64,000 nt of DNA from Chrysemys picta bellii (lineage: Eukaryota), in the NCBI RefSeq assembly GCF_011386835.1, contig NC_088810.1, forward strand, positions 248,001 through 312,000, in the 5' to 3' direction. Shown here in pieces: positions 1 to 11,460 of the stretch. A program made the translations under genes and the position numbers. The notes under the pieces are model-generated. The model saw only the letters and a list, made by a program, of their open reading frames with translations, made no database searches and had not been told where the DNA came from. Within the stretch, counting starts at the first letter, position 1, and each line of letters opens with the position of its first letter.

Positions 1-410
1 GTGGGGGAGTTAGGGCCCTGCACCCCTCTTCCCGAGATTCACTGCGACTCTCAGCCAACCAGTAAAGCAGAAGGTTTATTTAAGGACAGGAACACAGTCT
101 CAAGCAGAGCGTGTAGGTACGACCAGACCCCCTCAATTAGGTCCCTCTGGGAGGTTCAGGGAGCTTAGACCCCAGCTTGGGGTTCCCTGAGTTGTACCAC
201 CCAGCCCCAACCGAAACTAAACTCCCAACTCCTCCCGCTGCTCCTCTCCTTTGTTCAGTCTCCCGGGCAGAAGGTGTTAATTCTCCCCACCCCCGTTCCT
301 GGCTCAGGTTACAGCTCAGGTAGCTTCCTTCAAGGGAAGTCCCACATCCCCACTGCAACCCCCCTGCAACATTCCCAGGTCAAATCTGCCCTGCTCCCTG
401 CTCCGTCACA
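1..410 (-). mobile_element. Gypsy-type LTR (window starts about 11 bp inside it; solo LTR or 5' LTR of an off-window element)
   Basis: Ends ...CGTCACA at 410. Colinear without indels with 61708-62117 (about 9 substitutions in 410 bp). Shares its first about 100 bp and its terminus with the LTRs of the 56678-60727 element, which gives the orientation. Confidence 0.85.
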
Positions 411-1430
411 GTACCACAGGACATTCTGATTACAAATCTAGAAAGATAGAAAATGAACATAGCGCGCATTAGCTGGATTAAAAACTGGCTAACTGATGGA
501 TCACAAAACGTAACTAAATGGGGAATTGTCCTCGAGCTGGTGGGTTTCCAGTGAGGCCTGCAGAGGTCTGTTCTTGGCTCTGCGCTATTTCACATTTTTA
601 TCAGTGACCTGGAAGAAAACAAAATCCTGCCAGATAAAGTTTGCGGATGACACAAAAACTGGGGGAGTGGTAAATACTGAAGAGGACGGGTCAGTGAGTC
701 AGAGAAATCCGGCTCACTCGGTAAGCTGGGCGCCAGCAAACAATATGCATTTAACTATGGCGAAATGTCAGTGCACACATCTGGGAATCTCGGCCATCCT
801 TATGGGAGGGTGCTGGGAAGCAACGACTCTGAAAAAGATTTTGGGGGTGGATAAGCAGCTGAACGCGAGCTCCCGGTGCGAAGCTGTGGCCAAAAGAGCT
901 CCTGCAATCCTGGGAGGTGTAAACAGGAAACCGCCAGTAGGAGTAGAGAGGTTATTTTCTCTCTAACCACTGCTGGGATCCTGGGTCCAGGAAGATGTTG
1001 GTGGATTGGAGGGAGTCCGAGAAGAGCCAGAGAACGATGAAAGGGTCAGAAAACCTGCCTTGTAGTGATTGCCTCAGAACTCACAGAGAGAAGGCAAAGG
1101 GGTGACGTGATCCCAGTCTAAGTCTCTACCTGGGGAACAAATATTTGCTAGCGGGCTCTTCAGTTGGGCAGGGGAAGGTCTGACACACCTCAGCGGCTGG
1201 AAGCTGCAGCTAGACAAATTCAGACAGAAATGTGCAGAGTTCAGGATTGAACAACCTACCAGGGGCTGTGGTGGATTCTCTGTCACGGCTGATTTTTAAA
1301 CCAAGACAGGCTGTTTCCTGGGAACTCAGCCACAGGAACAATTTGGGGGCAGGTCTCTGGCCCGCACTATGCCGGGGGTCAGACCAGATGGTCACAGGGG
1401 CCCCTTCTGGCCTCGGGGTCTGTGAAAGAG
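411..1430 (+). mobile_element. CR1 LINE 3' fragment (degenerate reverse transcriptase C-terminal part and 3' UTR)
   Basis: Frame 526-966 contains IKFADDTKTGGVVNTEED, the CR1 RT FADD motif, followed by CR1-like K-L-N-x-S-x-x-C-x-x-V-A-K-R-A; frameshifted elsewhere. Confidence 0.85.
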
Positions 1431-1569
1431 GCTATTGCATGTGCAGAAACGCTTCCTTGCTTGTACTCAGTCACACACTCGCACTCCTGCTGCTGCCCCG
1501 TAACCCCCCACTCCCCCACTGGGGGTAGGGGTGTTAACTCATGACCTTTGACCCCCCCCTTGTCCCAAG

Positions 1570-4500
1570 ATTTCACGGAGAACGTGGAGTTCCTGCTGGA
1601 GTCTCCCCTGGTGATCAAGGAGGGGGACGACGTGCGGCTGCGGTGCCGGGGGGATGGGCAACCCGAGCCGGAGTACATCTTCTACCGGGTGCAGGTACTG
1701 GTGGTGCCCAGCCACGGATGGGGGATACCGGGCTGCCCAGGCCCCAGGGGTGGGAGATACCAGGTTTCCCCGGGCAGCTGAGCCCTGTGGGAGTGGAGGG
1801 GGTGCCCGGGCCCCATGGGGCTGAGCCCAGGGAGGGATACCGGACTGCCCTGAACACCTCCCCATCCCCCCAGGCCTCCGAGGCCGTGGAACTGGCCACC
1901 AAGCAGGACGGGGTCCTGACCCTGCCCAGCGTTTCCAGGGCCAACAGCGGGACCTACCGGTGCCAGGTGCTGGACTTCGACAGCCCCCCCGAGGTGCAGC
2001 TGGAGAAGGAGGTGATCATCCACGTCAACTGTGAGTGCCCCAGGGGCTGCTGGGAGATACGCCCTCCCCTCCTCTACCCCCCCCCCCCACTGGGAGTGCC
2101 CCAGGGGCTCCTGGGAGATACGCCATCTCCCCTCCACCCCCACCCCCACTGGGAGTGCCCCAGGGGCTGCTGGGAGATACGCCATCTCCCCTCCACACCC
2201 ACCCCGACTGTGAGTGCCCCAGGGGCTCCTGGGAGATACGCCATCTCCTCCCCACCCACGTCAACTGTGAGTGCCCCAGGGGCTGCTGGGAGATACACCA
2301 TCCCCTCCTGTCCCCCCCCACCACTGGAAGTGCCCCAGGGGCTGCTGGGAGATACGCCATCTCCCCTCCACCCCCACCCCGACTGTGAGTGCCCCAGGGG
2401 CTGCTGGGAGATACACCATCCCCTCCTGTCCCCCACCCCCACTGGGAGTGCCCCAGGGGCTCCTGGGAGATACGCCATCTCCCCTCCACCCCCACCCCCA
2501 CTGGGAGTGCCCCAGGGGCTGCTGGGAGATACGCCATCTCCCCTCCACACCCACCCCGACTGTGAGTGCCCCAGGGGCTGCTGGGAGATACGCCCTCCCC
2601 TCCTCTACCCCCCCCCCCACTGGGAGTGCCCCAGGGGCTCCTGGGAGATACGCCATCTCCCCTCCACACCCACACCCACTGGGAGTGCCCCAGGGGCTGC
2701 TGGGAGATACAGTTGACATGGGGGGTTGCTGTGAGTGCCCCAGAGAGTGAGAGGGAAGGGGTGGCATGAATGCCCCAGGGAGCCGGCTTGGGATGCTCAC
2801 ACAGGGAAGGGAGGGGGTATGCTTTGAGGAGCTTTCTGCAATACAGCTTAGTGCATCCCTGCCCCTCTCTCCCCCCAACAGACCTGGACCCCCTGACTCT
2901 GCACCCAGGCAGACGAGTGACAGTGCCCCTGGGTGGAGACGTCACACTCACCTGCTCCGGACAGGGCTCCCAGCCCCCCAAACTGGTGTGGAGGAAGGTG
3001 AGATCCACCAGGGCTCGACTAGGAATCGACAGGCCCTACAGGGGGGCCTGTTTATACAAGGACCCTCCCCCCAGCACTGAGATGCAGCCACCTCTGGGGT
3101 GGGGTGCGAGGCTGTTTGTACAGGGATCCCTCGCCTGGCACTGAGATGCAGCCGCCTCTGGGGTGGGGTGCGAGGCTGTTTGTACAGGGATCCCTCGCCT
3201 GGCACTGAGATGCAGCCACCTCTGGGGTGGGGTGCGAGGCTGTTTGTACAGGGATCCCTCGCCTGGCACTGAGATGCAGCCGCCTCTGGGGTAAAATGAG
3301 GCAGAAATCTCACCAACTGGTTTTTCTGGATAAGAGCTGATGTTGGGGAACCTGCTCGTACTGAGCCCCCCCCCCCCCTCCCACGCCCTGCCGCATAGCG
3401 CCCCTAGTACCACAGGGGGGCATTGGAGCCAGCACTGACTGCCAGGGCAGAGCGCCCCCTACTGAGCTCCCACCCTGCTCTGTGCAGCACAGCGCCCCCT
3501 AGTGTCCTCTCTCATTGCAGGGCAAGGAGCGAGTGGCTCACAGTGGCACCCACACCCTGCACTCGGCCTCGTACCACATGGCCGGCACTTACACCTGCGA
3601 GGCCTCCGTGCCCAGCGTGCCGGGGCTGCAGCGGGACCAGACCATCCAGGTTACCGTGGAAGGTATGGAGCTCCCCCCCGGTGCACAGATATGGGGCATG
3701 CCCCCCAGCTGGGACAGGGCATGGGATGGCAGTACAGGGGCTAGGGTGGCAGATCTGTAGGGTCTACGCAGCACGGCTCATTCAAATCAACGTTGAATTC
3801 CCAAAGCCTCGTCGCTCTCTGGGCAGAGCCCCCAGTGTGGACGCAGCGTAAGGCTAACGGCAGAGCCGCACCACCTCCTGCAAGGACGTTAGCGATGCCG
3901 GCAGCAGCGCGGCCGCATCTACCCCGGGGGATGGGGGCGTTTGCCGGCAAAGCCGTGCGCTGAGGAGGTGGATTTTTCACGCCCCTGACAGACGGGATGG
4001 GGCCCAGGGGGTGAGAGCATCAGGGAACACACGGAGGGTCGCCTGGTACCATCGAGCATTGGCAGAGCCTGTGTGGGCAGGAGCGTCAGACCAAGAATCC
4101 ACCATCCAGACATGTGCTCCGGCGTCTCCGCCGCCTCCGTGTAGACTCCTGATCCTCCATGTCTGGCCATGGAGCATTGTGGGCGCAGACTTGTCCATTC
4201 AGACTTATCAGTTCTAGTCTCTCCTCGCCCCCCGCCTGCCCTGCTGTGCCGGACGAAGCTGGTTGTCCTCTATCCCCCCATGGGGTGACAGGGACAGGCC
4301 CCGGCTCAGAACCATACAGGGGCTGTGCCTGGGGAGCCCTGGAGTGTCTGAGTGCTGGCGGGGGGGGGGGGGGGGGTGTATTCCAGGCTGGGGGGCGCAG
4401 GGCCCTGGGATGTCCCCTTATGGGACAGGGGACAGTGATGCCCAGGGAGAGGGGCAGGGTTGGGGGTGTCCAGGAACCTGGGGATGCATGGTGGGGCTCC

Positions 4501-7391
4501 CTGAGGTCAGAAACTGGAGTGGGGGGGATGCCAGGTGGCAGCATGGGAGGGGTCCGTGCCAGGGCAGCTGGGGGCTGGTACCTGGGGAGGAGCAGTGGCA
4601 AGGGAGCAGGGGACATGTCTCTGGGGCCAGCTGGGGGTCCCTGGGTGCAGGGAGCTGGGGGGGCAGAGTTGACACGGGGCCCAGGGGATGTCCCCTTCTC
4701 TGACTTTGCCCCTTCTCCAGGGAAGCCGGAGATGGAGGAGCGCCTGACCCAGCACCAGCTCCTGGCCGAGGGGCAGCACATCCAGCTGACCTGCTCCGCT
4801 GTGGGGCACCCCGAGCCGGAGCTCAGCTGGAGCCTGCCGGGGGTGAAGGTGAGGGGGCAGGGGGAGGGGACCAGGTGCAGCGGGGGGTTCAGGGGGCTGG
4901 TACCTAGGGAGGGCAGAGTTGGATGCTGCAGGGGTGTGTCTCGGAGCATGGCCCGGGGTGGTGGGGAGGGTATGGGGGCACAGAATGGGGACGTCCCTGT
5001 AGAGCAGCCCCCTCCTGCGTGCCCCCACTGCACACCCCACCCCCAGCCTGGGCTGCTCCCCGCCCTGGCAGCGAGCTCCCCTCCCCCCCCCCGGGCCCAG
5101 CTGCTCCAGGGACAGCTGCACGGTCGGCAGCTTCAGAGGAGTCAAGCATTCGTGACCGAGCTGGGCCTGGGAACTGGGGGCGGGGGGAGGGGGGGCAGCA
5201 CTGGGTGGCCGGAGGGGGGGCAGCACTGGGTGGCCACACGGGGGTCATGACCTTCCCCCTCACCTCCAGGACCCAGGTCTCACTGCTGCAGCCCAGCACC
5301 CCCACCCCCCGCTGCCTCTCTGCAGAGCCCTTGTGAAGTGGGTCTCGGCCTGGCGGGGGGGGTGTTTGCAGAGGGCGCATGTGGGGGTGAAACCCCCTGT
5401 GCTGCACACAGAGCCGTGTGAGGCAGCACAATTCGAGCCCCCCCGACCATATGTGCTGGAGGGCACTTGATTTACTGCTCCGTCCCGGGGTGATTGCCAG
5501 TGACACCCACCCCCCCGCCCCCGAGCCCTCAACAGCCAGACAGGGTGGCAGGCCAGGAAGAGCCCCAAAGGGGAGCAGCACTTGGGGGGCAGAGGAGTTA
5601 GGGGAGGTACATAGAGCTGGGGGACAGCAGGGAGGATCTGGGCCCCCTGGTGCTGGGATGTGTACCTACCCCCAAAGGTGTGTCCACACGGCCCAAGCCC
5701 CTGCTTCTGTCCACACACAAACTGGTCTGACTCGGGTCAGCGAGTGCTCGGGACCCAGGTCCTAGGGCCCTGGTGGGGGTGGGGGAGAGCCCCCGTCGCA
5801 GGCTGTGTGGGTCCAAACCCCGCAGCGTGGACGCAGGTTACACTGCGGCCCTGAGGCAGAAGGGCTGCGCGGCTGTGACGCTCGGGGCTTGGAAACAGCG
5901 AGTCCACAGGCCCGGTGCCAGCGAGCAGCGCAGACACCCCCAGAGGGGCAGGGTCCCCACAGGGCCGTGTCCAGAGCTGGGAGAGGGTCCCTCACTGCCC
6001 CTGTCTCCCTTCAGCCAGTGGTGAGTGGCACGGGGAACCGGGTGACGAGCGAGGTGATGGTGGAGGTGACGGTGGCACTGGCCAAGTCCGGGATCTGGTG
6101 CCAAGCCAGGAACCGGTTCGGGGAGGCCACGCAGAACTTCACCCTGAAGATCGGTGAGTGGGGGGTGGAATTGGGGCAGCAGGGGGGAGATCTGGGGAGA
6201 TGAGTGGGGGCAGGTAGCTGCGGGGACAGGGGTGGTCAGGGTGGGGCAGCAGGGTGGGGGTCAGGAAGGGGTAGCAGGGAAACAGAGCAGGAGGTAATTG
6301 GGAGGTGAGGGGGCATCTCTCCATCTGGGCACTGACCTGTCTGTCTGTCTTTCCCTCCCGTGGCAGAACCCCCAGCAGCTACCCCCTCCTCTTCCCCCCC
6401 GGCAGGTGAGTGCCCCTTTCCCATGGGGCTGGTTGGGGGCTGATGCCTGAAGGAGCTGTGCCCCCCAGGCAGTGTCTGGCACCATGGGTGGAGTCCCAGT
6501 GCTGGAGCCCCAGGGGGTTCTGGGGGTCCTGCCCCCACTAACCCCCTTCTCCCTCTCGTTCATGCTGCCCAGGGGACCCAGTGCTCCGGACAGGTGGGTG
6601 TTTAACCCTATTGGGTGCCAAGCCCAGAACTGCCCAGGTGGGCGTGGGGCAAAGACGGGACCCCTTTGTCTCCCTGCAGTGGGGATCTCTGATCCCTGGG
6701 GGGGGAGAGGGCATGTGTAGGGGACTCTAGACGGTTTAGTCACTGGTATGCACCTGGGCATCCCCTTCTGTCTCCATCACCCCCCGTCCAGCCGGGGCAC
6801 TCGGCGCCTTGCTCCTTCCCCAGGAACAGAGTCCAAACGAAACCCCAAAGTTGTGGGGCCCGAGGGCCAGGCCTGTGACCCCGATCTGGGCCCACCAGCC
6901 ACTGTCCTCACGCGCATGGTCAGGGAGCCCCAGGTCCTCTTGGCGCTTGTGTTCCAGCCACAGCCTGTCAGATCCCCCTGCGACTCCTACCTTGGCCTGG
7001 TCCCAGCGTCCGTCACAGGCTGCGCTCGCCTGGCCTCTCTTGGGGATCGGCCATGCATGGGGCTGCATAGACCCTTCGGCCCCCTGCTCATCGCCCTCAG
7101 GCCTTCCTGCTATAGGAACCTCCTTGGCCTGCTTCTCCCCAGCTGGGTCTGATCCGTAATCACGTCTCCCTCCTGGCGTCAGCGTGGGCTAATTGGGCTC
7201 CCCTAGCATTGTGGCCTGGGTTAGACACCCCATCACAGGGACCCAGGCGTCCGGGCTCACCCCCTTTCCAACAGTGGGAGGTTCTGAGCCCCAGGGGGCA
7301 GCAATGCTGGGGGGGAGAGCGTAGGGGACCCAGGCATCCGGGCTCACCACCCCCTCTCTCCCCACAGTGGGGGGCTCTGAGCCCCGGGGCA

Positions 7392-7445
<54 letters not shown>

Positions 7446-8719
7446 CGCGGGGGAGCATAGGGGACCCAGGCATCTGGGCTCACCGCCCCCTCTCTCCCCA
7501 CAGTGGGGGGCTCTGAGCCCCAGGGGGCAGCAATGCTGGGGGGGGAGAACGTAGGGGACCCAGGCATCCGGGCTCACCACCCTCTCTCTCCCCACAGTGG
7601 GGGGCTCTGAGCCCCAGGGGCAGCAGTGTGTGTGTGGGGGGGCATAGGGGACCCAGGCATCTGGGCTCACCGCCCCCTCTCTCCCCACAGTGGGGGGTTC
7701 TGAGCCCCAGGGGGCAGCAGTGTGTGTGTAGGGGAATCGTAGGGGACCCAGGCATCCGGGCTCACTGGCCCCTCTCTCCCCGCAGTGGGGGGCTCTGAGC
7801 CCCAGGGGGCAGCAGTGCTGGGGGGGGGGAGCGTAGGGGACCCAGGCGTCCGGGCTCACCGCTCCCTCTCTCCCCGCAGTGGGGGGCTCTGAGCCCCAGG
7901 GTGGCAGCGGCGCTGCGGTTGTGGCTGTCGTGGTCTGTGTCCTGCTGCTCCTGCTCATCGTCGGCTTCTTCTACTGCATGCAGCGCCGGGGACACCTGCA
8001 CTGTGGGGCGGGGGAGAAGAGATCACTGTGAGTGACACCCCCCAACTCCCACAGCCCCCCCCACCAGAACACCCCTCCCCCCTCGACTACATACAGCGCG
8101 GGAACACCTGTCCTGGGGTGGGGGGAGATTGTTGAGAACCTTCCTCCCCCTGGCAGGGGGGGCAGATATCCCTGTATGAGCCCCCCCATGCCCACCCCCT
8201 CTGTTTCCCTTGTCCCCCGTCGGTCTGCCCCCCACGGGGCTCACCCTCCATCCATCCCGCAGGACACCCAAGGAAGGCGGCGCGGAGGACCCGGCTGTGG
8301 AGATGAAGACAGACAAACGGAACGAGCAGACGGGGCTGCTGAGCCCGAGCGGGGGCGGTGGGGGGGGCGATGGGGGTCACGAGGTGAGCCGGGGGGCGCT
8401 GCTGGGGGCAGCATGAGGTGAGATGGGTGGAGGGCCCTGGGTGGGCAGCGGGAGGGAACGGGAGGCCTGAGGTGGGGGGGCTGCGGCTTTGGAGATAGAG
8501 GGGAGGATGGGGGAAACCCTCCCTTGGGGGGCTGGGGCGGAGACCCTGGCGGAGGTGGGGGGACACTGTCCTCTAAGCCAGGGAGTCATGGGGGGACGGG
8601 GGAGAAGGAGAGATTGGACCCAGGTTGTCACTGGCTGGGGTGGGGTGGAAGCTGCTGGTGTGGGATGGGTTTGGGACATGGGGTCAGTGTGTGATTCTCC
8701 CCTCCCCCCCCAGTGCTAA
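1570..8719 (+). CDS. BCAM: Basal cell adhesion molecule (Lutheran glycoprotein), 3' part: Ig domains 3-5, stalk, TM, cytoplasmic tail; 5' exons lie outside the window
   Basis: Phase-consistent GT-AG exons 1570-1694, 1874-2030, 2882-2997, 3521-3662, 4721-4848, 6015-6153, 6367-6405, 7880-8027, 8263-8383, 8714-8719. Peptides EGDDVRLRCRGDGQPEPEY, SGTYRCQVLDFD, YLDPLTL, TYTCEASVPSVPGL, LTCSAVGHPEPELSWS, a TM segment and C-terminal ...EQTGLL...GGHEC* match the human BCAM pattern (ends GDEC). Next to CBLC as in human. Confidence 0.9.
2031..2750 (+). repeat. About 58-bp minisatellite starting at a BCAM splice donor
   Basis: About 13 units of G(T/G)GAGTGCCCCAGGGGCT(G/C)CTGGGAGATACGCC... Confidence 0.95.
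3060..3290. repeat. About 62-bp tandem repeat, about 4 units
   Basis: GAGATGCAGCCRCCTCTGGGGTGGGGTGCGAGGCTGTTTGTACAGGGATCCCTCGCCTGGCACT repeated. Confidence 0.9.
6714..7237 (-). mobile_element. Probable degenerate solo LTR in a BCAM intron
   Basis: About 520 bp of unique sequence bounded by TGTG... and ...CATCACA; flanks GGCA/GGGA are only a 3/4 TSD match. Resemblance to turtle LTR ends is from memory. Confidence 0.35.
7240..7900 (+). repeat. About 93-bp minisatellite ending at the BCAM TM-exon acceptor; includes a (TG)n microsatellite at 7396-7441
   Basis: Units TAGGGGACCCAGGCATCYGGGCTCACC...CTCTCTCCCCRCAGTGGGGGGCTCTGAGCCCCAGGG. Confidence 0.95.
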
Positions 8720-10284
8720 GCGCTGCCCCCAGAGGTCGGCTGTACCGGGAACCCCCCCAGAGGAAGAGGAGGCTGGGATGGCGGCTGGCCAGGAGAGACG
8801 GACTTTGACCTCCCTATTTCCCCCCAGGGGGTTGGGGGGGCATTTACTCCATCCCCCCAGTTGTTTTTGTTTCAATGCCTGGTTTATAGCAAGAGACTTT
8901 TTCGGATGCCCAGGGGGGCTCCCTCCTGTCCCCCATGGACTCCCCTACCCCCCAGCACATTGTCCCCCTATGGGCTCTACCCCCATGGATTCCCTGCTCC
9001 CCACAGCATCTGGAGACAGGGGAGACCCCCACCTGTCCCCAGTTATGGGGGTCAGAGCCAGGTGGGCATGTTCCATCCAACCCTTCCACAGCACCCGCTG
9101 ACCCACATCCACTGCCCCCCCAGCACTGGCACCCTCAGGATCTACCCGCCCTAGCACCAGGGCCCCCCTTACCCACAGCACATGCCCCCCTGGGTCCAAC
9201 CGCTCATGGCAGCAGCCCCCCCATTGCCTTCCCTCCCCCACCTCCAGCATTGGTACCCCCAGAACACACACCCCTCCCCCCATCTCTGCCCTTCCCTGTG
9301 TCCCCCAGCACCTACAGTCGTCCCCCCCCCCCCCCCCCCCCCGCCTGGTATTGTATTTGACTCTGGTTGTGAATGTTTTTTTACGAGACCTGTTTGTTTG
9401 CCAGTGTTTTGGGGGTGGTTCTATTGCCCCCCAAGGGGTCTGTTCCTATCTGTGCCCCTCCCCTCCCCGGGGCCTTCTCTAGTCGTGACACTGGTGTTTA
9501 TTTTACTGCAATGTCTGTTGGGGGCACTGGAGCTGGGGGGGTGGAACTGGGGCAGCCTTGAGAAGGGGTGGGCCTCCTGCAGGAGCCCAGCTCTACGAAC
9601 CCCTCCATGGGATCCCCTAGACCTCCACTTTCCTGCTCCCATGGTGCCCAGAGCCTGGGGCCCTCCCCAATGAAAGCCCTGGGCCCCTGCCCCATCCCCC
9701 CACCCTGAGGAGCTGCAGTCCTTTGGCAAGTGCTGACCCCCACCCCACTGAGCCCAACTGGGGGCTATTTATGGCTCTCTCCTGCCCCCAGCCCTAGGGG
9801 CCACCATGGGGGGGGGGCACAGGCCCTCCCCCCCAGCAGGATTATCCAGCCCCCCCCATCATTCCAGGCTTGACGAAGCCCCATCCCAGCACCCTTGTCC
9901 CCCTGCCTCATGGGCATCCCCGCAGCCCCACCAGAAGGGGATGGGGCTAGGAGTCTAGGCCCCCCTTTTCCCAGCCCACCAGCAGGGGGCAGCATCCTCT
10001 GAGCACCCCTCCCCCGGCACGGGCCACCCCCAGGAAGAGCCTTAGGGGAGGGGACTCCAGCCGGGGTGAATTTTACCCCCCCATCCCCTGTGGCTGGTCT
10101 GTCTAGTCCATGAGCCCCCCACTTAGGGTGACCAGCGAGCAAGGGGGGAGGGGGTCATAGGCAGCTATGTAAGAGCCCCAAATAGCAGGATATCTGGTCA
10201 CCCAACGCCCCTGCAGCTCCAGTGCCCCCCATTGTTCTGCCTGTTGCCTGCTGCCCCCCCCCCCACTTTACACTGAGGCTAGGT

Positions 10285-10290
10285 ATTAAA
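10285..10290 (+). terminator. Candidate BCAM poly(A) signal ATTAAA
   Basis: First A(A/T)TAAA hexamer I found downstream of the BCAM stop; U-rich UTR-like patches at 8860-9510. Confidence 0.35.
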
Positions 10291-10619
10291 GATTGTAATA
10301 CCTCCCCCCCACACACCTGGCTCCTGTCTGTACGCGCTTCCTCTCCTGCTCTGAGAGGCATTTCCTGGCCCCCCCCCCCCCCCCGCCCGGCCCTGGGCCC
10401 CTTTGAACTCCTGTGCTGGGGGGGTTGTGTAAACAGAGGATACCTCTGCCCCCACCCCCTTGGCCCAGCTCCTGCTGGGAAGTGACTTCTGGGCGGGGTG
10501 AGTCCCTCGGGGATTTCCCAAGGAGGGGGGATGTGGTGGGGGATTTTAGGCTCTGGGCCTCATTGGCGCTGGGGGTTTGTTTGCAGTTGCAGAACCGCTG
10601 AAAAGCAGTCATTTAAACC

Positions 10620-11460
10620 AGCGTGAGGGGAGTGGGAACGGTGTGAGGCCGGCGACACGGGCGCGAGGGGAATGGGAACGGTGCGAGGCCGGCGACATGG
10701 GCATGAGGGGAGCGAGAATGGTGCGAGGGGGGGGCGCCACGGGAGCGGGAACAGCACGAGGGGGTGCCAGGGGCAGGGGAATGGTATGAGGCAGCCGAAG
10801 CGGGCATGAGGAGCGGGAATAGGGTGACGCGGGTGCGAGGGGAGCAGTAACAGCATGAGGCAGCCGAAGCGGACGTCAGGGGAGTGGGAACGGTGCGAGG
10901 GGGTGCCAGGGGCGTGGGAATGGTATGAGGCAGCCGAAGCGGGCATGAGGAGTGGGAATAGGGTGAGGCGGGCGCGAGGGGAGCTGGAATGGTGCGATGC
11001 GGGCATGAGGGGAGCAGGAACGGTGCAAGACAGCTGAAGCGGGCGCCAGGGGAGTGGGAACGTTGTGAGGGGGGCGCCAGGGGAGCGGGAATGGTGTGAG
11101 GCGAGTGCGAGGGGAGCGGGAATGGTGCGAGGCGGGTGACGCGGGTGCGAGGGGAACGGTGCGAGGGGAGCAGGAACGGTGTGAGGGGGGCGCCAGGGGA
11201 GTGGGAACGGTGCGAGGCGGGTGACACGGGTGCGAGGGGAACGGGAACGGTGCGAGGGGAGCGGGAACGGTGTGAGGGGGGCGCCAGGGGAGTGGGAACG
11301 GTGCAAGGCGGGTTACGCGGGTGCGAGGGGAGCGGGAATGGTGCGAGGTGGGTGACGCGGGTGCGAGGGGAGCGGGAATGGTGCGAGGCGGGTGACGCGG
11401 GTGCGAGGGGAGCAGTAACAGCGTGAGGCAGCCGAAGCGGACATCAGGGGAGTGGGAACT
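10620..11460. repeat. Degenerate about 19/38-bp minisatellite
   Basis: Repeated GGGGAGYGGGAA(C/T)GGTGCGAGG variants. Confidence 0.9.

Noticed and set aside
1541-3008. 391- and 327-aa ORFs with repeated CECPRGCWEIR
   Set aside because: Products of the donor-anchored minisatellite; not a Cys-rich repeat protein.
3760-4230. Harbinger-like MITE remnants in a BCAM intron
   Set aside because: Only vague resemblance from memory; no TIRs or TSD could be delimited.
1570-8719. MCAM or ALCAM as the identity of the Ig gene
   Set aside because: The terminal exon encoding only C-stop (…HEC*), domain motifs such as CRGDGxPxPEY, and adjacency to CBLC favour BCAM.
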